DNA from: Candidatus Shapirobacteria bacterium
Lineage (GTDB): Bacteria; Patescibacteriota; Microgenomatia; UBA12405
Direction: 5' to 3'
Length of the DNA stretch: 38,864 bases
Assembly: GCA_041661765.1 (NCBI GenBank)
Contig: JBAZTV010000004.1
Location: 1-38,864, forward strand
Shown one piece after another: positions 33,312 through 38,864 of the stretch (position 1 is the first letter of the stretch; the number at the start of each line of letters is the position of its first letter). Made by a program: the position numbers and the translations under genes. Under the pieces are notes generated by a model. It ran no database searches, was not told the DNA's origin, and saw nothing but the letters and a program-made list of their open reading frames with translations.

Positions 33312-33487
33312 AAGGATTATTAACAGTAAAACAGTATGCAGAGCTTGAAAAAACAAGCGGAGCTACTATACGCATGCGAATGAAACGTGGAACGCTTAGA
33401 TTTAAGCGTGTTGATGGATTGACGTATGTTTATGTCAAGTCAGATAAAACTATCAGAAAACCACGTAAAAAATTAGTAACCAATTAA
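33308..33487 (+). CDS. small helix-turn-helix protein (59 aa), below the track cutoff
   Basis: ATGA overlap with the upstream gene. LLTVKQYAELEKTSGATIRMRMKRGTLRFKRVDG resembles HTH_17/excisionase-type motifs. Confidence 0.5.
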   Translation: MKGLLTVKQYAELEKTSGATIRMRMKRGTLRFKRVDGLTYVYVKSDKTIRKPRKKLVTN

Positions 33488-33498
33488 TTCTAAATATT

Positions 33499-33609
33499 AT
33501 GGAGTATGCTATTATCTTAGCGATGTTTGCACTCACATTGAAGATTAGAAAAGAATTGCATCGCAGAAAAAATCATTTACATCGAGTTTCTAAACAATCT
33601 AAAAATTGA
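33499..33609 (+). CDS. small membrane/basic protein (36 aa)
   Basis: MEYAIILAMFALTLKIRKELHRRKNHLHRVSKQSKN. Weak; short. Confidence 0.3.
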   Translation: MEYAIILAMFALTLKIRKELHRRKNHLHRVSKQSKN

Positions 33610-33722
33610 AGCTATGAAAAAAATTAAACATCAAAGAATGATTGATTTACGTTTTCGTAAAATTTCAAGAACAATTTAAAACCTCCATATAACAAGAGTA
33701 AAACTTGAGTGTTACAAAAAGT

Positions 33723-33745
33723 CCCGAAGTTTTGAGGTCTTCGGG
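33723..33745 (+). promoter_or_regulatory. Leader hairpin CCCGAAG / CTTCGGG
   Basis: 7-bp stem with a 9-nt loop, 28 nt upstream of ATG 33774. Confidence 0.4.
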
Positions 33746-33773
33746 CAAATTTTATAAACTAAAAATTAAAAGT

Positions 33774-34010
33774 ATGTCAATGTTTACTTTGGAAACTGGA
33801 AATCATGAACTTCCAGAACATTATAGAAACATTTCAATTGATTTGGCTGGATTAATGCACTCAATTAAGGATTCAAGCCCAAAATTATACATCAGAGAAT
33901 TGTTGCTTTCGATGGATGAAATTGAATCAGTTGAATGCGAATTTGAAGATTGGGAGCGTGTTGAGTTTACTAAGAAATTAGAGTTTATTATTAACCTTTT
34001 AAGAAAATGA
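33774..34010 (+). CDS. hypothetical protein (78 aa from ATG 33774)
   Basis: In frame with track ORF 33705..34010. The track's non-ATG start would read through the hairpin. Confidence 0.6.
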   Translation: MSMFTLETGNHELPEHYRNISIDLAGLMHSIKDSSPKLYIRELLLSMDEIESVECEFEDWERVEFTKKLEFIINLLRK

Positions 34011-34035
34011 ATATTCACTTTAAATAAAATTAACA

Positions 34036-34467
34036 ATGAAAAAATTAGGACAAGAATTTTCTCCAGGAATGGCTAGAAAATCGTTTTTAAATGACAATGC
34101 CGACTCAGTTGAGAAAAAAGGTTACATGAAAAAGTTTACAGATGAAGATATTGTGGACTTTAAGGATAATCTTTCTAAAACTGATATTCAGATTAACGAC
34201 ATTGAAGAGGAAAAAAAAGAAGTCGTAAATGTGTTTAAATTAAAGCTTAAACCATTACAAACACAAAGGCAAAAGCTCTTAAAAGACTTGAAACACAAAG
34301 CGGAGTTTGTAACTGAAGAATGTTACAAATTCATTGACAATGAAACTAGAATGGTGGAATATTACAACGTAGAAGGTGAACTAATTGAAACCCGCCCTGC
34401 AAATGCTGATGAATTGCAAAGGAATATTTTCCAGGATATACGCAAAAATGGTACTGAAAATAAATAA
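34036..34467 (+). CDS. hypothetical protein (143 aa)
   Basis: Long ORF with charged, coiled-coil-like composition. Confidence 0.7.
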   Translation: MKKLGQEFSPGMARKSFLNDNADSVEKKGYMKKFTDEDIVDFKDNLSKTDIQINDIEEEKKEVVNVFKLKLKPLQTQRQKLLKDLKHKAEFVTEECYKFIDNETRMVEYYNVEGELIETRPANADELQRNIFQDIRKNGTENK

Positions 34468-34478
34468 AAACAAATAAA

Positions 34479-35222
34479 ATGCAAAACGAAAAATTTGAAA
34501 TCAAAATGAATGAAAATTCTGATAAAGCAGAAATAATCATTCGTGAAGTTAATTCTGTTAATGAATTGGCTGTGCAAGAACCTTTGAAATTAGGCATTAT
34601 TGGAACAATTAAGGCGGTATCTGAATTTCTTAGCAAAAGGATTTCTGAAAGTGATCAGATAAACCAGAAGAAATGTCATATTTTGGTTAATCGTGAGGTT
34701 ATGGCAATCGAATTAGTCACAAATGAAAGTGATTATTATTTGACCAATAAAGTCATTGGTACACTTTCTATTCATCCAAAATTTAAGGAATTTGGTATTA
34801 ATACCGGCAAGATTTGGACACCTTCGGCATTGGGCCAATTCTTCAAAATGAACAGGGCCTTTTTTCCGGTCAAAGAAGATAATATGAAGTTGGTTAATAC
34901 TTTGATGAATTTTACCGCAACAGTAAATAATACTGTGGAAAAAACCGCAAGTGAAAAGGGCGATCGTTCTGACAAATTCGAACAAGTAGTTAATTCAAAC
35001 CTTCCAAGTTCTTTCAAATTGTCAATGCCAATTTTCAAGGGATTTCAAATTGAGAATTTTGAAGTAGAGACTTTTGCCAATATTGATGGAAGGGCAATTT
35101 CTTTTGTTTTAATTTCTCCAGGTGCTCAGGAAACGATTGAAAGCATTCGGGATAATATTATTGACGATCAGCTTAAATTGATCCGTGAAATTGCGCCTGA
35201 TATTGCAATTATTGAGCAATAA
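34479..35222 (+). CDS. hypothetical protein (247 aa)
   Basis: Long ORF; no motif recognised. Confidence 0.75.
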   Translation: MQNEKFEIKMNENSDKAEIIIREVNSVNELAVQEPLKLGIIGTIKAVSEFLSKRISESDQINQKKCHILVNREVMAIELVTNESDYYLTNKVIGTLSIHPKFKEFGINTGKIWTPSALGQFFKMNRAFFPVKEDNMKLVNTLMNFTATVNNTVEKTASEKGDRSDKFEQVVNSNLPSSFKLSMPIFKGFQIENFEVETFANIDGRAISFVLISPGAQETIESIRDNIIDDQLKLIREIAPDIAIIEQ

Positions 35223-35247
35223 GATTATTTATTTTAAAAATTAATAG

Positions 35248-35255
35248 TATATTTG
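35248..35255 (+). promoter_or_regulatory. TATATTTG -7 box (replication operon)
   Basis: Matches TAnnTTTG, 26 nt after the upstream stop. Confidence 0.5.
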
Positions 35256-35268
35256 TTTTTTAATTAAT

Positions 35269-35384
35269 GCACGACCAATGAAAAAATTAGAAAACATACT
35301 TATTTATAATAACCCTTTACAAAAAGGAATAACCTCAGGAATATTGGTCGTGCTTTATCCTGAGGTTCTTTTTTGTTAAAGGGT
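35269..35384 (+). promoter_or_regulatory. Nested inverted-repeat leader: long imperfect hairpin (35312-35384) whose apical loop pairs with an upstream 11-mer
   Basis: A: GCACGACCAAT 35269-35279 pairs with A': ATTGGTCGTGC 35343-35353. B: AACCTCAGGA 35331-35340 pairs with B': TCCTGAGGTT 35358-35367, followed by CTTTTTTG. The lower stem is 35312-35320 / 35375-35384. Confidence 0.6.
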
Positions 35385-35395
35385 ATTTTTATTTT

Positions 35396-35776
35396 ATGGA
35401 TATGAAAAAAAATCTTAGTTACTCCGAAAAATTAAAACATCCACTTTGGCAGAAAAAACGCTTAGAAATAATGGAAAGAGATAAATTTACATGCCAAAGT
35501 TGTTATGACAATGAATCTACGTTAAATGTACATCACTCTCTATATTTAAAAAATCATGAAATATGGGATTACCCTAGTGAGTTACTTGTAACTTTATGTG
35601 AAAATTGTCATCAACAAAAACATGAATTAACACAATCTATATTGATTACATTAGCTAAAACATATGATAATAATTCATTAAATGACATATTTGAAATAGT
35701 AGATATTTTAGCAATAATGAGACCTGATAAAACAGCATCAATTCTTAATATAATAAAAGAAATTAAAGCATTTTGA
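35396..35776 (+). CDS. HNH-type zinc-binding nuclease-like protein (126 aa)
   Basis: W.KKR..I..RD.FTCQSC ... LNVHH ... LVTLCENCHQQKH shows CxxC...HH...CxxCH spacing. Confidence 0.6.
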   Translation: MDMKKNLSYSEKLKHPLWQKKRLEIMERDKFTCQSCYDNESTLNVHHSLYLKNHEIWDYPSELLVTLCENCHQQKHELTQSILITLAKTYDNNSLNDIFEIVDILAIMRPDKTASILNIIKEIKAF

Positions 35777-35793
35777 TAATTTTCATTTATGTT

Positions 35794-36537
35794 ATGGAAA
35801 AATTACGATCAGTTAATACTAAATTCTGGAATGATCCTTTTATCGAGAAACTAGATAGTAAGGAAAAACTATTATTCATTTATTTTTTAACAAATCCACA
35901 GGCTAATATTCTTGGAATTTATGAAATATCTTTAAATAGAATTTCATTTGATACTGGATTAAAAGTTGAAAGCATTGAAAAGGCTTTGAAAGGCTTTGAA
36001 AGGGTTAGTAAGGTATTTTATTTAGATGGATTTATAATATTGGCCAATTTCCAGAAAAATCAGAACATGAATTCAAACATGGAAAAGGGGGCTATTGAAT
36101 TATTCAAAAAACTTCCTAATAAAGTGAAATCCTTAGTTTTAGACAAGGCTTTGAAAGGCTTTGAAAGGCTTTCAAATGGTTTTAAAGACTTTGAGAAATA
36201 TGAAAGTGAAAGTGAAAGTGAAAGTGAATTAAAAAATGAAAACGATGTAATTTTTGATTTTAAAAAATCTATTTTGAATTTAGGCGTTGAAGAAAAAGTA
36301 ATTAATGAATGGTTAAAAATAAGAAAATCTAAAAAAGCATCAAATTCTGAAATTGCTTTTAATTCAATAAAAAATGAAATTGAAAAAAGCAACATGTCAG
36401 CAAATAAGTGTATAGAAATGGCTGTAATTAAAAGTTGGAGAGGTTTTGAGGCAGAATGGATTAAAAATATTCAGCAAAAAGAAAATATACCAGCATCAAA
36501 ACCTGGATTAGTAAAAATCGAATTTAAACGGCATTAA
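35794..36537 (+). CDS. phage replisome organiser / DnaD-like replication initiation protein
   Basis: FWNDPFIEKLDSKEKLLFIYFLTNPQANILGIYEISLNRISFDTGL resembles replisome-organiser N-terminal domains (DUF4373 / Phage_rep_org_N type). It lies directly upstream of dnaB and contains internal iteron-like DNA repeats. Confidence 0.55.
   Translation: MEKLRSVNTKFWNDPFIEKLDSKEKLLFIYFLTNPQANILGIYEISLNRISFDTGLKVESIEKALKGFERVSKVFYLDGFIILANFQKNQNMNSNMEKGAIELFKKLPNKVKSLVLDKALKGFERLSNGFKDFEKYESESESESELKNENDVIFDFKKSILNLGVEEKVINEWLKIRKSKKASNSEIAFNSIKNEIEKSNMSANKCIEMAVIKSWRGFEAEWIKNIQQKENIPASKPGLVKIEFKRH
35971..36003 (+). repeat. Period-10 iteron-like repeats, set 1 (AGCATTGAAA AGGCTTTGAA AGGCTTTGAA AGG)
   Basis: Direct reading. 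Confidence 0.8.
36146..36195 (+). repeat. Period-10 iteron-like repeats, set 2 (AGGCTTTGAA x2, AGGCTTTCAA, ATGGTTTTAA, AGACTTTGAG)
   Basis: Direct reading. The core is the same as in set 1, 165 bp downstream of it. Confidence 0.8.
36202..36228 (+). repeat. Hexamer tandem repeat (GAAAGT)x4 + GAA, encoding ESESESESE
   Basis: Direct reading. An AT-rich stretch follows it. Confidence 0.9.
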
Positions 36538-37926
36538 ATGAACGCACCTCCACAAGATTTAAATATTGAAAAGGCTGTTTTGGGTGCTATTTTGCTCGAA
36601 AAAGACGCCATTTACACGGCTATTCAGATAATTAAACCAAATGCTTTTTATTCTGATAATCATAATATTATATATAATGCTATTTATAAGCTTTATACAG
36701 AAAGAAAGCCAATAGATTTATTAACAGTTTCAAACGAATTAAGGGAATCAAATAAACTTGATTCTATTGGTGGAGCTTATTATATTTCATCATTGACAAA
36801 CAATGTCGGGTCCTGTGCAAATCTTGAAAATCATTGTAAAATATTATATGAATTATTCTTAAGGCGTGAAATGATAAGGACTTTAATGAGTTTCACGAAT
36901 GTAATTGATAATGATTATGAAAAAGACATTTTCGAGTCTTACAACAATATAAGTGCTGAATTATCAAGCCTTTTTGAGCTTTCATTGAGTTCTGATTATC
37001 ATAATATGAAAGATGTTATTTCCGAAAGGCTCAATAAAATAGCAGAAATTAAACCAAATGAAAATAATCTTATTGGAATTAACACGGGATTTTCACGATT
37101 AAATAGTTTCACAAACGGACTACAGTCTGGAGATTATGTCATAATTGGGGCCAGACCGTCAATGGGAAAAACAATTATTTCATTGCTTATTGCCAGGGCT
37201 GCAATTTTTCAATCAAAAAAGAAAGTTTTATATTTTTCACTTGAAATGAACAAAGAAAGAATAGCAGATAGACTTCTTTCGATTGAAAGTAAAATTGATT
37301 CAAAGAAAATTGCATCAAACAGACTTGATAATTGTGAATGGAAAAACCTTGATGAATCACAAGGGCTTTATAATAACAAAGATTTTTTCATTATTGATAA
37401 TTCAGGAATGACAATTGAAGATATTAAAGCCAGGTGTATTACTTTACATAGGAAGTTTGGAATAGATGAGGTTATAATTGATTATATTCAGCTAATTAAG
37501 CACTCTTTTAAAAATAGAAACACAAACGACAATGTTACTCATATCTCAAAAAACATTAAGGCTATTGCAAAAGAAATTAATTGCCCAATAATAGCGTTAT
37601 CACAGCTAAACCGGGGCGGAGTTGGTAGGCCTGAAATGAAAGATTTAAGGGATTCAGGAAGCTTAGAGCAAGATGCCGATATTATTTGGCTATTGCATAG
37701 AGAAGATTATGAAGGCTGTGAATGTCTTCCTGAAGCAATAAATAGAATTGATAACATTATTGCTAAAAATAGAAATGGTGACGTTGGGGCATTCTACACT
37801 TACAGAAATGATATTTGGTCTTATATTGGAGAAATAAGATTCGAGGAATTAGCAAGTATCGAAAATCAGATGCCATTCAATGCTTATGATGGAATTGATA
37901 TTAACGAAAATCCATTTAATTTATGA
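36538..37926 (+). CDS. dnaB: replicative DNA helicase DnaB
   Basis: The N-terminus PPQDLNIEKAVLGAILLEKDAI is present. Walker A is GARPSMGKT, followed by FSLEM, and IIDYIQLI sits at the Walker B position. LSQLNRG and the DSGSLEQDADI blocks are also present. Confidence 0.9.
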   Translation: MNAPPQDLNIEKAVLGAILLEKDAIYTAIQIIKPNAFYSDNHNIIYNAIYKLYTERKPIDLLTVSNELRESNKLDSIGGAYYISSLTNNVGSCANLENHCKILYELFLRREMIRTLMSFTNVIDNDYEKDIFESYNNISAELSSLFELSLSSDYHNMKDVISERLNKIAEIKPNENNLIGINTGFSRLNSFTNGLQSGDYVIIGARPSMGKTIISLLIARAAIFQSKKKVLYFSLEMNKERIADRLLSIESKIDSKKIASNRLDNCEWKNLDESQGLYNNKDFFIIDNSGMTIEDIKARCITLHRKFGIDEVIIDYIQLIKHSFKNRNTNDNVTHISKNIKAIAKEINCPIIALSQLNRGGVGRPEMKDLRDSGSLEQDADIIWLLHREDYEGCECLPEAINRIDNIIAKNRNGDVGAFYTYRNDIWSYIGEIRFEELASIENQMPFNAYDGIDINENPFNL

Positions 37927-38087
37927 GCGGAAAATATAATGAAATAATTAATTTTTGTAAAAGACATGCTGGGACAAAGGATTATAAAATCTATGAAAGT
38001 GCAAAAAATATGCTTTCAAAATATAATCTTAAATCTTATGATTATGATGTAATTATTAACGAAATATTAAAAATTTTAGGCTTATGA
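37923..38087 (+). CDS. small hypothetical protein (54 aa), below the track cutoff
   Basis: ATGA overlaps at both ends (with the dnaB stop and with ATG 38084). Confidence 0.45.
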   Translation: MSGKYNEIINFCKRHAGTKDYKIYESAKNMLSKYNLKSYDYDVIINEILKILGL

Positions 38088-38320
38088 AAAACCTATCCGA
38101 CTATGCTCAAAGAGTTTCAAATTGTCTGAATGATATTAATTCAGACCTTCAAAAACACAACTTTAAGGACGCTGGCAAAGAAATAATTCAAAAGATGGCA
38201 AATATTACCATAAAAAATTATTGTTCAAAATACGGGCTAAAAATGGCCAATATTAAGGTGGTGTTTGAAGGCCGTTTTGAACCTGAAAAAAAGAAAATCA
38301 TTAATTTTAACACTTTTTAA
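38084..38320 (+). CDS. hypothetical protein (78 aa)
   Basis: ORF with an ATG start, coupled to the upstream ORF. Confidence 0.65.
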   Translation: MKNLSDYAQRVSNCLNDINSDLQKHNFKDAGKEIIQKMANITIKNYCSKYGLKMANIKVVFEGRFEPEKKKIINFNTF

Positions 38321-38343
38321 TTTTTTATTTCATTTTATTGTTA

Positions 38344-38351
38344 TACATTTG
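38344..38351 (+). promoter_or_regulatory. TACATTTG -7 box inside the extended motif GTTATACATTTGTAACGAT
   Basis: Matches TAnnTTTG, 25 nt upstream of ATG 38377. Confidence 0.55.
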
Positions 38352-38376
38352 TAACGATAAATCAAAATTAAATTAT

Positions 38377-38864
38377 ATGGAAAAGATTAATCTATTAACA
38401 ATAGATCAGGAAAGTAAATTAACCACTTATAAAGATAAGTGGCTTAATAAAATCTTTAAATATGAGTTATATAATTCTGTAACGAAAGAATCTGTTATTC
38501 TTAAAATTAAAGAATTATATAAGTTTTGCAATCTAAAAGATCCGTTAGTTTTATTGGTTGACAGTCCTATGGCTTGCCAAATTGCAGCTAATATAATTCA
38601 AGTCTGGGCTCAAGTCTGGGCTCAAGTCAGGGCTCAAGTCAGGGATCAAGTCAGGAATCAAGTCGGGGATCAAGTCGGGGAGCAAGTCGGGGCTCAAGTC
38701 TGGGCTCAAGTCGGGGCTCAAGTCGGGGAGCAAGTCGGGGCTCAAGTCGGGGAGCAAGTCGGGGCTCAAGTCGGGGAGCAAGTCAGGAATCAAGTCTGGG
38801 ATCAAGTCTGGGATCAAGTCAGGGATCAAGTCAGGGATCAAGTCGGGGATCAAGTCGGGGAGCA
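38377..38864 (+). CDS. 5' portion of the wrap-around repeat protein: 74-aa N-terminal domain, then QVxx units; open at the window end
   Basis: ATG 38377 gives [74 protein letters not shown], then [12 protein letters not shown].... There is no stop before 38864. It is absent from the ORF track because it is unterminated. Confidence 0.8.
   Translation, partial: MEKINLLTIDQESKLTTYKDKWLNKIFKYELYNSVTKESVILKIKELYKFCNLKDPLVLLVDSPMACQIAANIIQVWAQVWAQVRAQVRDQVRNQVGDQVGEQVGAQVWAQVGAQVGEQVGAQVGEQVGAQVGEQVRNQVWDQVWDQVRDQVRDQVGDQVGE
38599..38864 (+). repeat. In-frame 12-bp tandem array, 22 units + 2 nt (right part)
   Basis: Direct reading. The last 122 nt (38743-38864) are identical to nt 24-145. Confidence 0.97.

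Noticed and set aside
38551-38853. Minus-strand 100-aa ORF encoding PDL(I/S/L) repeats across the array
   Set aside because: It is open only because the 12-bp unit lacks stops in that frame. It has no credible start context or flanking non-repeat domains. The plus-strand frame, by contrast, is continuous with real N- and C-terminal domains and with a promoter box.
38743-38864. Exact direct terminal repeat (DTR) marking physical genome ends
   Set aside because: The 122-nt identity is to nt 24-145, not to nt 1-122, and the flanking 23 nt differ at 3 positions. It is better explained by repeat-induced assembly ambiguity within one array than by a defined DTR.

Overview
This window looks like an essentially complete genome of an AT-rich, tightly packed tailed phage (siphovirus-like). 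It has about 70 protein-coding genes. All are on the + strand except a three-gene cassette at 18.9-19.8 kb. One gene starts at 38377, leaves the window at 38864 inside a 12-bp tandem array, and resumes at nt 1 inside the same array. The window is therefore most likely a circular or circularly permuted contig broken inside that repeat.

Gene order:
- Repeat protein (wraps the ends), then terS and terL.
- A free-standing T5orf172 (GIY-YIG-superfamily) gene.
- A long virion/tail block (4.3-18.9 kb). It includes a possible -1 frameshift site, an internally duplicated protein, a fibre-like protein, a propeller-like protein, a DUF1064 nuclease, and a tape-measure-like protein placed last.
- The minus-strand cassette (HTH, Zn-ribbon, unknown).
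- ClpP-type prohead protease/scaffold, candidate major capsid, candidate portal.
- An early region (25.3-38.3 kb): AntA-like antirepressor, small membrane ORFs, SMC-like ATPase, ASCH-like protein, PD-(D/E)XK exonuclease, DNA methyltransferase, RecT, DEDD exonuclease, HNH protein, replisome organiser and DnaB.

Several operons start with TAnnTTTG boxes, the Bacteroidota -7 consensus, which points to a Bacteroidota host. I recognised no integrase, CI-type repressor, endolysin, tRNA, CRISPR array or reverse transcriptase.

The most unusual feature is the 12-bp coding array (52 units over both ends). Its Gln-Val codons are invariant, and every variable nucleotide changes an amino acid.

Other items worth follow-up:
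- A 44-nt hairpin element present twice with a compensatory base-pair change, directly upstream of start codons.
- Period-10 iteron-like repeats inside the replisome-organiser gene.
- A nested inverted-repeat leader at 35.27-35.38 kb.
- A relic AntA fragment flanked by two ACATGA-N6-TCATGT palindromes.
- A canonical U_UUU_UUC slippery site at 4842.

All family assignments come from reading motifs by eye; no searches were run.
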